64,000 bases of DNA, from NCBI GenBank assembly GCA_964188305.1, contig OZ076892.1. One strand, 5' to 3'. The notes under the pieces are model-generated. The model did not search any database and was not told where the DNA came from. It was given only the letters and a program-made list of their open reading frames with translations. The DNA is from Podarcis bocagei (Eukaryota). Below are positions 49,388 to 63,660 of this stretch, one piece after another; position 1 is the first letter of the stretch, and every line of letters starts with the position of its first letter. The translations under genes and the position numbers were made by a program.

Positions 49388-52300
49388 GTAGGGACCATGT
49401 GTGGCAAATGAGAAAATACTGATTATCTGATCATATGTGTCTTTGTTCTAAGCTATGAGGCCAAGAGCAGCAACTGAGGAAGACTTGGCAACCGCATAAG
49501 GGAGAACTAGAAGGAAGCTGGAGGACTATTATGCACTGAGGAAAGTCTCTGTAGATGGGAGAGGGAGGTTGTTGTCTCCTTTTGGTGTTAATGGGCTTAG
49601 GTGAAATCTGAAAATACCCTGGGGAAGAAGGCCAAGAAATCTAGGGTTTGGGCTTGATTGGTTTTTTTTAAAATATGTTGAATAGCTTTGCTTGGAACAC
49701 AAGGTGTGGTTTTTATTCAGTGCTTCAAGAATGAGACTCTGGGAAGGAGTAGGTCATCGGGACTACATGAGCTATGTGACTGAGTTAGGATAAGTTTTTA
49801 ATTGTGAATACATACACAAACACATATAAGGAGCATGCTTATAGCTACCACCTTTGCATGGATGATGCCTGAGTTTCATATGCAGTTTTGGCGCTCTTTG
49901 AATCATTGTATCTTGATGGTTGTAGAGCTCTGTAGGGAACTAGCTGTTATCTTTGTGGATTAGGGAATTGCATGTTTTACTAAAAGGGAAGTGGAAATGT
50001 ACTTTAAATTAATCTGTGACCCTTTCTTTTATAAATGAAAATGCCCTAAAAGAGAAGCAGAGCCGCAGGCAAAGAGCAAAATTATATCTCTTGGCTTTGA
50101 AACTTAAATGAAAAATCTAAGACCAAATCTTCATATATGTCAACCTGAGTCTGCATGTAGAAAATAGAATGTGCCCTGGACTCTGTGTTGGAATTTTTAC
50201 TTTCACATATAGGCTCTTACCAGTGGTTTTAGGAACTCCAGATTTAATGTTGATAATAAATTATGAAAGTGTCTGCGTGAGATTTCATATGATTTTCAAG
50301 GAGCGTGGGGGGGGGGGTTGGTCAAGGATTGGAGAAATGAAAGATGAGAGGGGATGGGGAATGGAGGACCAGTGGCTTTTGGTGGGTAGGAGAAGAGGGA
50401 ATATGAGCCATGGGAGCTGAGCAAGGCAGAGCACAATTCTAGAGGGTTCATTAGGCACTGCCTGGATACTTCTAAGCTTTGCTCCTCAGCTATAACAGCT
50501 GAAAAAACTGATCTTAAGCATTGGAAACTGAACTGCTCAGAATACCAAATTCCACACTATGCCTGACAAACTCAGGCATATTGGAATGGTACATAGACCT
50601 CTTTATTAATAAAGACATCAATCCTGGGGAAATGGGGGTTGTCAACCCTTTAGGCCCATGGGCACATTGGCATACTGGATAAACTGTTGTGGGCAACACA
50701 CACACCCTGCAACCAAGCACCCCCTGCAACCTGTTCTATTGGCTACAATGGAAAGATTCTTTCAAGCCTGATATCAGTGGGCAGCGGGGGCGGACCCTGT
50801 GGACACTAGGAAAGGCAAGCACATGCGTGCCCAAAGCACCATATTAGGAACCCCTGATTTAAAGATAGATGTTGTAGCTTTTCATTGTGAGAAGAGGCTT
50901 AGGAGAAACCCTAGAGTCAGGCTGAGCTGCAAAGGAACTTCCACAACTTGCTTCCGAGTGAAAACTTGTGATGTCACATGCTTATTAAACCCCACATTGT
51001 TTTTATTTGTGCCAACCTCCGGTTGGGAAGTGGGTCTGTCTCTTTTTAGGCCCTTCGTTAAATAAATAAGGAATATGATGTCAGTAGCCTTGCACTTCTT
51101 TGCCAGAAATTGCACTCAACTAGTCTGTCCATAAAGGGCAGAAGCCCAGCTTTGAAACCCTTCCATTAATTAACTAGCCGTGTTAATAAGCATGCAGCTG
51201 CAGCCAGCTTGGTGTTAGAGGGGTGCTGTGTTGCCAGGAATTGGATCTTGTGGGACCTCAAGCAAGCACTCTTTCTGCCAAATCGGTACTGAGTTTTGTG
51301 CCTCCATGAAGCAGACCTAGGAATAGAAACCATTAGCTCTCTCTGCCTGTGTGCTGCTGTACTTCATTCCAGCCACTCTAACATGTCCTTTCCACAGCTA
51401 AGAATAGTACCTAGTAGTTCTGATGGTTGCCGAGGCACCAGCAATAGTAATAAAATTGCATTTTATGTACAAACTGAGCACTGTCTAGGCCAACAATACC
51501 TATATTTCTAAAAGGGCAAATTTTCCCCTGGTGGAGAGCAGCCAGAAGCACAAGTAAGAGGAAAGCTATGTAACTCGAAACACAAACTTTGTAGGTGTTA
51601 AAAATACATATTTTTGAATAGTTCCACAGTGTTGTAGGGGTCATGCTTCAGACTCAGGTTTTCTTGGCGGTCTCCTATCTTGCTAGTGTTCTATGATGCA
51701 GAGAACCAGTGTGGCCCGGTGGCTAAAGTGCTAGGTCGGATGTGGGAGTCCCTGTTCAAATCCCTGTCCAGCTATGGTTTCTACACTGGACATATCACTA
51801 TAGTCTGCCATCCTGCATCACAGGATTTGGAAAAATATAAAAATGCAAGTTGTTTTGACCTCATGTTGCTCTGGTGGGATATAAGTGAAGTAAACTGAAG
51901 TTGTCAATTGTTAGTCCCAATTAGGCCACTGCTACCGCACAGCCTAAATATTTGGCAGCATAATCTGTAAGACCTGGGCTGGTTCTTCTAGCCTGACTCC
52001 TCTTCATCTTCATTCACTCTTTATAATATGTCCTATATGAATCTAGGTGCTTGCTCCAACTTCCATGGGTAAATTAAAACTGACTGCCTAGTAAAATGGA
52101 AATAGTAATAGAGATATGTCAGGTGGCTTTAAAAAGTGTTCAGACAAATTATCAATGCCTACTAGCCATGATGGAGATAGTATGACTTTACCAGTTGCTG
52201 GGGATCATAAGTAGGCCTGGGCAATATCTGGTTTTCAATATCACAATACATCATCAACTAAACATCACAATATCTTGATATATCACAATACATATTCACG

Positions 52301-53946
52301 GCAGCGGAGGGCCTCCTCAAGCATCCCCACAGAGATGGAGGGCCTCGCCATGCCTTTCCTTGGTGGCGGAGGGTGCGCTGTGCTTCCCTGGGGCGGCGAA
52401 GAGCTTTGCCGCACCTTCCCATGGTGGTTAGGGCTTTAAAATGTAAGGAAGTAGTAGATTTAATAAAAATATTAAATAAACTTCCATATAATATATTTAA
52501 TATATTTTCAACTAATTTAAGAATAGTTTGCGTGATTTTCTAGTCAAGTTGCATCTGCTTCCCCCCTCAGAGGTCTAAGTGGAATCTCTGCTATCTGTAT
52601 ACAGTTAACTCGCAGTTTGTGCACATTTAACTTATACGCATTCAGATTTAGAAAATTAAAAAGGGGATGGAAAGAGGGCAGTTGTCTGGGGGGAAAGGCT
52701 TTGGCAATCCCACCCACCGTTGAACCCAGTGTGTTTTGACTATACACTATTTTGGCTTTACACGCCATCCCTGAAACGTAACCCCTGCATAAGCTGAGCG
52801 TTGCCTGTATTGCTTTGAGTTGTTAGGTAAAATCAGTGAATAACAGCATATAAATCTGTAAAGGTACAACTTCATTGACGCCTTGCCAGTAGAAGTTGAA
52901 TATAAATTTAAATAATAACATTAGCAACATGACTAATTGCCCACTGCATGTGGTGACTACATGCTGCATTAATGTGTGAACCAGCCCCTATGTTTTGACT
53001 GCTGAGTAATGCAACATATGATTTGCTTGTGCTGCTTGAGGATGTTTACATAAAGAAATTGTAAGGCCGCAGTGTAATTGTTTAGCAATAAATTATATTA
53101 CCATGAGTCCCAGAAAATAGTTTAAGAGCATCTGATGTGGCAGCACTGCTTCAGCTACTTAAGATTTTCATTTGTATTATTAATAATCATCATTATAATA
53201 ACAATTTTATTATTTATATGCCACCCATTTGACTGGGTTGCCCCAGCCACTCTGTGCGGCTCCCAATAAAAGATTAAAAACACAATGCACAAGTGAAACA
53301 TAAGGTGAAAGGTTGAGTATTTGTGGAGGGACGGCCTATATATGGTACTGGTCCTTAACATGTGTAATGGGTCTTTGTTGAAGGATGGACTGTGCTTTGG
53401 TGAGCTGAAGACAATGGTGTCCCTAAATACAGTTCTTGGCTTTTCCCTCATTGAGGTGAATTACAGCCATGTGTCAGTAACAGAGCACATGCTTTGCATG
53501 AATAGGGTTCTGAGTTCAAATCCTGCTTGCGGGCTGGGAAAACTTTGGCCTGTCAGTCACCAATCATTGGTGACCAGAGGTAGTGGGCCCATTTAGAATT
53601 TTGAAAAAACTATATGGGCACCAGTCACAAAATTGCTGCCATAAGGGCATGGCATAACACAAAATTAGAGAGAATCCAGTCATTGTTGCTTCTCTCCCAC
53701 CTACTGAACAACCTCATGCTACCTGCAGGAGATCAGCAGTGTTCTGCTGGCCCTGGCTGTTGACATACAATCTTGACATCTTGCAAATACAGACTGATGC
53801 TGTTGCTATCTAATAAGAACAGAGAGCATTCCCCAGTACCAAAAAAATATATACAAGGTGGCCACACTACACTAATTCTCTAACACACATACAGATCTTA
53901 TGCACATCCATCCTTCTCTCTCTCTCTCTCAAACACATATTTCAAC

Positions 53947-54195
53947 TACAGTGGTACCTTGGGTTAAGTACTTAATTCGTTCTGGAAGCCTGTTCTTAAC
54001 CTGAAACTGTTTTTAACCTGAAGCACCACCACTTTAGCTAATGGGGCCTCCTGCTGCCGCTGCGCCGTCGGAGCACGATTTCTGTTCTCATCCTGAAGCA
54101 AAGTTCTTAACCTGAGGTACTATTTCTGGGTTAGTGGAGTCTGTAACCTGAAGCGTATGTAACCTGAAGCGTATGTAACCCAAGGTACCACTGTA
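53947..54195 (-). mobile_element. Tc1/mariner-type MITE, family A (inverted)
   Basis: Reverse complement of family A, TA-flanked. Confidence 0.85.
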
Positions 54196-54520
54196 TACAC
54201 AACCACACATACATCTCTCCCTTTCTTTGCCCAAGTGCATCTCTCCATCTGTTTCACAGACCACATAAACACACAGACTATACATTCACACACACCTCAC
54301 CCACTTCTTTCTCCCATAATCACAGTGCATACAGCTGTCTCTCACACACACATACTCCCCTCACATATGCCTCTGTCTCTGTGTCTCCTCAGTGCAGGAT
54401 CGTCAAGCCCAAGACGCTCGGTGGTTTAGACCACAGTGCCACCCACATCTCCATGCATCTCTACCTCTCTCACAGACCACCATTCGTTCATACCTCCTCT
54501 CTCCCTCCCTCTCACACACA

Positions 54521-54766
54521 TACAGTGGTACCTTGGGTTACATACACTTCAGGTTTCAGATGCCTCAGGTTACAGACTCCACTAACCCAGAAATAGTACC
54601 TCGTGTTAAGAACTTTGCTTCAGGATGAGAACAGAAATCGTGCTCCTCTGGCACGGCGGCAGCAGGAGGCCCCATTAGCTAAAGTGGTGCTTCAGATTAA
54701 GAACAGTTTCAGGTTAAGAACGGACCTCTGGAACGAATTAAGTACTTAACCCAAGGTACCACTGTA
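54521..54766 (+). mobile_element. Tc1/mariner-type MITE, family A
   Basis: TA-flanked TIRs. Confidence 0.85.
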
Positions 54767-55122
54767 CATCTTTCCCTCTTTCTCTGTCCAAGTGAACCTC
54801 TGTCAGTCAAGCATCCATAGATAACCTCTTCGTGGGGTGAAGCAAGTGCCTGCCACCAGCTCTACATCACTGGCAGGCAACAAACCAAACAGATTGGGAT
54901 ACTCAGGGAACAGGAAAATGATTCTGCCGCCACCAAAAAACCACAAATATAATGCAAGAGGACTTGCCTTTCCACCTCCAGCAACTGCTCTACAGTGCTC
55001 TGCCATCCCCTCTTCCTGCAAAATCCAAAAAATATTGAGGGTCTGCAATCTTGGGCCTGGGGACTCCAGAAAAATCCTTCATGGGTGCTGGGTTGACAGT
55101 ACCCCAGAGTAGACAATACTGA

Positions 55123-55288
55123 ACTGGGATAGCTCAGTTGGTAGAGCATGAGACTCTTAATCTCAGGGTTGTGGGTTTGAGCCCCACGTTGGGCAAAATA
55201 TTCCTGCATTGCAGGTGGTTGGACTAAATGATTCCCACAGTCCCTTCCAACTCTACGATTAGATTCTGTTCTGTTCTGTGATTCTAGG
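55123..55288 (+). mobile_element. tRNA-Lys(CTT)-headed SINE with CR1-derived tail
   Basis: 55123-55195 is near-identical to vertebrate tRNA-Lys-CTT (TAGCTCAGTTGGTAGAGCATGAGACTCTTAATCTCAGGG...) with CpG decay and a broken acceptor stem; followed by CR1-like 3' end 'cctgcattgcagg..ttggacta...gtcccttccaactcta' and an attct/gttct tail. Confidence 0.75.
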
Positions 55289-56273
55289 TTCGTTCAGGGG
55301 GGATTCAGCAGCTGCATTGAGATGAGGCCTAAATTGTTCCCTGCTCCAGGCATTGGGATCTGCCTTTCTCAAATGTGCTCCAATTCTCCCCCCCCCCCCT
55401 TGCTCCATGGAATTCCATGGGAGCCACTGAGAATTAAGTTCTGACATCTTAGATTGTAAAATCCATACTTGTGAAATGTGTGTCCGGAAGGGCAAGGTGT
55501 GTTCACATGGAAGGGGGGTCTGTGTTGCAGTGGCCCCTCAGGCCCTGTTAATGTGTGGCTCTGGGAATTGGCTTTTTAATTATGTAGGTGGTTTGTTCTT
55601 TGTAATAGAATTGGCTTGGAAGAAATAAGGAAATAGAAAAAGAAAAATACAATTGAATAAAAATTAAACATACTGGAGGGGGGGTACATATCTGGGTTGT
55701 TGCATTCACAATCCCTCAGAGTAATTTAACGGTTTTTATTACATAAGTAAATAATATTAGAAATGCTTTTAAAAAATAATAGTAGGCTTGGCTATTATTG
55801 AATTCTTAGCAAGGGTATGTGTGTTCTGGGATAGCAGAGAACATGACTCTGGCTGCAAAATTCAACACTGTGAGAACGTCAGATTTTGTTTTGTTTTGTT
55901 TTGTTTTTAAAGCAAGAGTAGACCTTATAGGTTATCACATCATAGATTTTTTTATTTATTTATTTGTTGTAAGCAAACAGTAAACACCATCATGTTTATG
56001 TAGTAATATTAGAACTTTAGTTAGCAGATTGTTTTACCTGGAGGTTCACTTTGATAAGAAAGTTGTCTGTGGTAGGCCATCCCTTAAAAGTGGTTTGACG
56101 GTAAGCTCCTGTTCCTACTGTTGCTTTTCATCCAGATCCCTCTCTTGCCTTTGGGACTAAAAATTAGTAGGGGAAACATAACATACCTCAAAGGGCCAGA
56201 TTTGGCCAACGAGACCACATCAGTTGATCCTTATCTTACAGGGAGATGAAAATTGGACACAAGTTGTACAAAA

Positions 56274-56530
56274 TACCGTATTGGCCTGAATATAAGCCGC
56301 ACCTTTAAAATTGGATGGGGGAGGAAGAAAAAATACCCGAATATAAGCCGCTCCATTCCTCACTGCTTGTGGGGGGTGGGGGAACTGTGCTGCGTTGCCG
56401 GCGGCCTTTCCCCTACCTCGCTGTCTCCCATCCCGGCCTTGGGAGAGAGGATGGGGGACTACGTGCACTTTAACTTTTCATGGTCGGAATTTGGGAAAGA
56501 AGTGGCACTTATATTCAGGCTAATACAGTA
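56274..56530. mobile_element. Tc1/mariner-type MITE
   Basis: TA-CCGTATTGGCCTGAATATAAG ... CTTATATTCAGGCTAATACAG-TA. Confidence 0.8.
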
Positions 56531-57510
56531 ATATAAATTTTAATGTAAAGAATGTATTCTAATAGATATATGGGTGTGTATATCGGGGCAGAAGTGTCTG
56601 CAAAATGGAAATGTATGTCCTGGGCACCAGTAGCATAAAAGACGCTTTTGTATCTTTTGATTGTTTGTTTGTTTGTTTGTTTGTTTGTTTAGAGTATTTA
56701 TAAACCATCCTTCACCAGATGGTGCCACGGTAGAAAATACCATATATATAAAAATTATAATTAACAATATTTCAAAACTAAAACAGATAATAAAACAGAC
56801 CATTAAAGAAAAATACATGTCAACATTAACTGAATTAAACTGAATTATTCCAAAAGGGGGTATAAATCTGTTTAGTAACCTGCAGTAAGAAAAGTTGACA
56901 TGTTCATAGCATCACCAATGGAGAATTGCTGTTTTGGGGGGAGGAGAAGCAAACAACAGATAGGAATCATGTTGGAAACAGCACAGATATTGACTCCCAG
57001 TGGGCGCTGAGGGAATCCCTCTCTTTAACTACATTCAAAAGAGAGATCTGTAACTTTGAGGTGTGGCTGCATAATAAGATACCCTGACCACATTCTGCCC
57101 AGCTTTTCTTCACTTCTGACAATCCCTGTGATTTTGCTAGAGCCTCTAACCATGTCTGACATGCAAACACCTCTGCCTGCTTTTCTGTAGTTACCTCTCC
57201 TCTGCACAATTCAAGCTGTAGCCTCTCCTCTTGCCTCCTTCCTTTCCCAAAACGCCATTAATGGTAAAGGTGCACATGCACTCAGGCAAGCGTTCTTGAT
57301 TACAAAACATGGAACACAATACCTAGACCTTAAAACATTCAGGAATACATTTCATGATTCTGCCCTTCCTCCCATAGACTCAGGGTTGTGTACATGGTCC
57401 TGCTTCTCCCATTTTATTTTGTTAACATCCCTGTGAGATAAGACAGCTAAAAGAGCTGGAGCTCACCCAGTGAGCTTCAAGGCTGGAGAGTGTTTTGAAC
57501 CCAGGTCCAA

Positions 57511-57866
57511 GTGGCGCTGTGGGTTAAACCACAGAGCCTAGGACTTGCCGATCAGAAGGTCGGCAGTTCGAATCCCCACAACGGGGTGAGCTCCCGTTGC
57601 TCGGTCCCTGCTCCTGCCAACCTAGCAGTTCGAAAGCATGTCAAAAGTGCAAGTAGATAAATAGGTAAGGTAAGGGCGGGAAGGTAAACGGCGTTTCCGT
57701 GCGCTGCTCTGGTTCGCCAGAAGCGGCTTAGTCATGCTGGCCACATGACTCGGAAGCTGTCTGCGGACAAACGCCGGCTCCCTCGGCCAATAAAGCGAGA
57801 TGAGCGTCGCAACCCCAGAGTCGGTCACGACTGGACCTAATGGTCAGGGGTCCCTTTACCTTTTAC
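57511..57866 (+). mobile_element. Sauria SINE, probably nested in an older SINE
   Basis: Canonical body and tail; short flanking repeat CCAAGT. Confidence 0.85.
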
Positions 57867-58660
57867 CAAGTACAACACCCTAGCCACACTATGCCATACT
57901 GAGGGAACAGTTGAATCTAGGAGTCGTTCATATGTGCCTTCTCCCTTCCTATTTGCATGGTCTTGATCCCAGTGCTAACAGCTGATGGCTTCCTTATACT
58001 CTTCTCTCAGCTTTCATTCACTTAAAGCTGCTATGCAGTCAGTCTGGGAAAGATAACAAGAGGCCTGCCATCCCCTATCCCACCCCCAAGCTGTGGTAGC
58101 TTGAGGTTGCAGAATTTAGTGGACCCTTGCTTAGTATAATGAAGGTATAATGTAATCAAAACAAATAAAGAAGGCTGGAAAATGCTTATATTAAGCACCA
58201 GCCCTTATGCATGAACTTTGTTTTGTGGTTTTCGGTATTGCAGATATAAATTTGCTTAATAATACCATGAAATGCAAACACCTTTTAGACTGTCTTTTCT
58301 AATACATTTGTGTCGCTGTTTCACTTCACTGTATGAAGCTCTCTATCCTGGGTTGTTTCAGGAAATTGGATCTACTGCCCCCCTCCCATTAAAAAGCTAA
58401 GAATAGAACCTAGGTTCTTGGCCATATCCTCACCCCTACTGTAATCAAGATACCTGACTCTCTTCTTAAATTGGAATGCGTTTTGTGGTGAAAGCAGGGA
58501 GCTATTTCTGGGAAGTGCAGGCATGTGTGGTGATTAAAAAAAAAAAACCCTCACCAAACTATTTTTGTGCCCTCTAGGTGGCAGCAGCACTCCACAATGC
58601 CAGCTGCCGCCCTGCAGCCAGGTTGCCTCTCTGGGCCGCTCTCTTCCTACTGAGACAATC

Positions 58661-58723
58661 ATGTCGAGCCAGCACAGCCATGCTCCCTTCTCCAGCATCC
58701 AGCCCATGGCTGAGCATCAGCAG
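58661..58723 (+). CDS. DYRK1B: DYRK1B exon 2, canonical start (MSSQHSHAPFSSIQPMAEHQQ); exon begins at 58578
   Basis: ctctag|GTGG acceptor, atcATG, CAG|gtaatt; 63 coding nt, as recalled for human DYRK1B exon 2. Confidence 0.85.
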
Positions 58724-59365
58724 GTAATTTCCTGGAAATTCAGCCTTTTCGGGCGCTCCCCCTGAATCAGCTGTCTCCTCTTCAGACTGTATGCTTGTAA
58801 ATACACACAGCAGATCAGCCTGGCTCAGCTCCTTTCCCACTCTTCAACCTGTGGTCATTCCAAGTAAAATCTACATGAGGCTGATACAGGTGTGAATCTC
58901 TGTTTTTATTTAGCTCACGTTATAGAAACAATGGCTATTAGATTTGAGGCTCTAAGTTCAGTCTCTAGTCAAGGCATGCAGAGGGGAGTTATTGTGGGAT
59001 GAAGCAAACCCCTAATGCAATTGCCACTGGGATCAGCCATGATGTGTGGTGAGAGCCACTTAACCTGGGCCCAAGCAGTCATCCTCACCTGGGCTGATAG
59101 CAACCTCTTTCCTACACTGTGGGGGAAATTAGATGTGGGCTGCAGACTGAATCTACTAAGTTTAAAAGGTTAGTAATCTCAGCATGACCCCTGCACTCAC
59201 TCACTCTCTCTGTCTCCTGCAAACCTTCCACCTCCAAGTACATAAAAGAAAACAGGGTTTTTAGTGGAATAGAATGAAGCCCTTGTCAATCGCTGCTTCC
59301 TGCTGGCGGCTGGAACACATGCTATTAGCCCCATCATGGAACTATTTCAAGCCCATGACCTTTAG

Positions 59366-59545
<180 letters not shown>

Positions 59546-59594
59546 TGATAGCTTTGACCAGTTCCTTAAAGCATTGGGAATAGTGATGATTTAA

Positions 59595-60005
<411 letters not shown>

Positions 60006-60164
60006 TAACTACATAGCAAGTTGCAGCCTGTGCTCTGGTGATCATTGGTCAGAACACAGCTCTAGGTTCTCCTTCCCCAGCAAATGTGCCTTTGGCAAGA
60101 TCAAAAGGGAGCATGCCCCACAGTCACAGGAACACACGGCCTGTAATCTTGCCAAAGGGAAAAG

Positions 60165-60300
60165 GTTGTAGTTCATTGGTAGAGCAGAAGCTTAGTTTGC
60201 AGAAGGCCTCAGGTTCAGTCTCTAGAATATCCAGGCAGGGCTGGAAAAGATGCCCAACTGAAACCTTGGAGAGCCTCTGCTAGTCAGTACAGACAAGAGA
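60165..60300 (+). mobile_element. Old tRNA-derived squamate SINE
   Basis: tRNA-like head 'gtagttcattggtagagca...caggttcagtct' and body 'ctgaaaccttggagagcc..ctgctagtcagtacagacaa'; related remnants near 17950-18100 (-) and 53465-53560. Confidence 0.5.
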
Positions 60301-60737
60301 TAACCAACGTGGTATCTTCCAGGTGTTAGTGAACGGCAGCTCCCATCATCCATGACCATTGGCAGCGCTGGCTGGGACTACAATGAGAGTCCGACAACAT
60401 CTGGACATCATCACTTTGGTTGTCCTTGATATAGAAAGTATAAGCCAGGTGGCTCATTAGTGTTGTTTGGTATAAGGCAGCTTGTTGGGTTCTGACCTGC
60501 TTTTAAGTAACTGGGGTTGATGTTTCATTGCCATCCTAAGCAAAGTTTTGCATGTATATCGTCCTGGCCTCTTTCTGAGGAAGGGCAATAAATAAATAAG
60601 ATGACCACTATGTGTGTGGGTGCTTGAATGTTCCCCCTGCCCAGCGGTACTTTTGATTTGGTGGTTCTCCCCAAAGTCATTCCTTCTTGGCACCAGTGCG
60701 ATAACATTATACTGATGTGTCTTTTTCTCCCTGCTAG

Positions 60738-60890
<153 letters not shown>

Positions 60891-60920
60891 TGAGAGTTTG
60901 CAGAGATATGTTTTTGGAAT

Positions 60921-61970
60921 TACCGTAAATTTCGCTCCAAAACACGCACTTTTTTGCTCCGAGAAAGTAAGGGAAAATGCCTGTGCGTGTTAAGGAGCGA
61001 ATGCACGGATCAGAGCCATGGCTGCCGTCAGTCAGGCAAAGTGGGAGCCACTTACACGCTCTACGAGGCTCTCACTTTGCTTTCTTTAAAGCGACCTGGA
61101 GCCAGGAAGGAGGGAGGGAAGGAGAGCCATAGCAGCAAAGCCGGCTGCGCCGCTTACACGGGAGGAGGGAGAGACGCTAGCAAAGGTCTGCGCGCTCTCT
61201 AAACAGAGCAATGAGGCTGCAGAGAGACGGCAGGAAAGATAAAATTTAAGCAACCAACAGCAAAATAAAACCAACCTCGAGCTCTGAGCCAGCGCAGTGA
61301 AAACCAGGAAGTAAAAAAAAGGCTGGGGAGGGCATGAGGGAGAGGGGAAAGCTTCGCAAATCCCCCGCGTCTCAGCTGATCGGCTGGGATGGAGCAGCTT
61401 GTTTTCAGGCAGGATAGATTTGAGCATTGTCTGGGTCCTAGTGCCCCTACCGCTTTTTTGTGCTCCATTCTATTGCTGCTGGTGGCTGCTTATCATTCAG
61501 GCTGCAAGGAGGAGCAGTTTTACACAGCTAATGGCGAATCCCCTGCAATCCAAGTCCTCCTCACTTGCTCAAATCTATTCCGCCTCAAAACAAGGAGCGG
61601 AAGGAAAAGGCTGCAAACTGTTAAATGGAAAAAAAAACCAGGCACAGGGCAAATACCTTAAGTATACCTTTAAAGCAACAGTGCTCTTTCCCTCCCTCCT
61701 CCCCGCGGAAAAGCTCCTTGTCCCTTGAGTTATTTTCCTTCCCTCCCCACTTAAAACGTGGTTACAAAGCACGGATCCACATGGATCCTCAGGATTTTTG
61801 CATTGGGCTACCCCAAACTCACTGTCAGATCACATGTCTGTGGCCACAGCATGAACCATAAAAATCATACATCCACTGTTTCATTTAGAATATTTTTTCC
61901 TCGTTTTCCTCCTCTAAAAACTATGCGCGTGTTATGGTCAGATGCGTGTTATAGAGCGAAAAATACGGTA
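60921..61970. mobile_element. ~1.05-kb non-autonomous Tc1/mariner(Tigger-like) element
   Basis: TA-CCGTAAATTTCGCTCCAAAACACGCA ... TGCGTGTTATAGAGCGAAAAATACGG-TA (~26-bp TIR); CpGs retained. Confidence 0.8.
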
Positions 61971-62282
61971 GTTGAGAAGTGTGAGTGGGTCAGGGAGAGC
62001 ACTACTGGTGAGGTGCACATTAAATGAAGTCTCCAGTGCTTCATTTAGATTGGTGGCAACTTGTGGAAGGCTCTGCATAAGTGAGTGACTGATTAAAGGA
62101 AGGTCTGGATAGTGTTTGAGAGACTGGTTGGGGCATGAGTTGAAGTCGGTGGGGGTTCAGGTCATTGGGAGAGATTGGTTCATCATTTTGCTTGCAGATG
62201 TGGTGCACTCAGTGACCTGTGGTCCAAGACTGTGGGAAATGTTCATGTGGGATGCCTGGAGGTCATAATTATATGTCAGTGA

Positions 62283-62690
<408 letters not shown>

Positions 62691-62962
62691 TGACCTCTCC
62701 AACTGCAGCCCCTCTCCCAGTGCCTGGCCTCCTAGTGGTCGACATCAGAAGTTTGTAATTGTCAGCTTGAACAGCTTCCCTCATTTTCTTAGGACTTCTT
62801 CAGCTTGCTCTTGGCTAGATGAGGGCCTTAGAAGGCACTGGACCACCTTATTTGTCTTGGCCAACATTTGAACCAAAGGGACTGAAAGAAGACAGACCCA
62901 CCTGTTGTGACCTTTCAGTCCCCAGAGTGCAGCAGCTGATCCTATCCTTTTCTTCCCTGTAG

Positions 62963-63199
<237 letters not shown>

Positions 63200-63438
63200 T
63201 AGCAAGGGCAGCTGTTGAACTTGCTGGGCAGAACCATCTAATCGAGACAAAGAATGCAGCAGCAACTTGGCTTGGCTTGGCTGGCAGGAGGAGTTGAAGT
63301 GTGTGGCGCTGCATGAATAGGTCCTTGGTTCAAGGAGACAAATGAATGGATTTAGAAGGCCCTCAAAGAAGCAAGGAGTGGGTTTGTAAAGCCAGGAAGA
63401 GCCATGTGGGGCTGGGAGCTATCACCTTGTGTTCCTGA

Positions 63439-63660
<222 letters not shown>

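Noticed and set aside
55123-55195. Functional tRNA-Lys(CTT) gene
   Set aside because: Acceptor stem disrupted, T-loop GTTTGA instead of GTTCGA, and followed by a CR1 tail rather than an oligo-T terminator.
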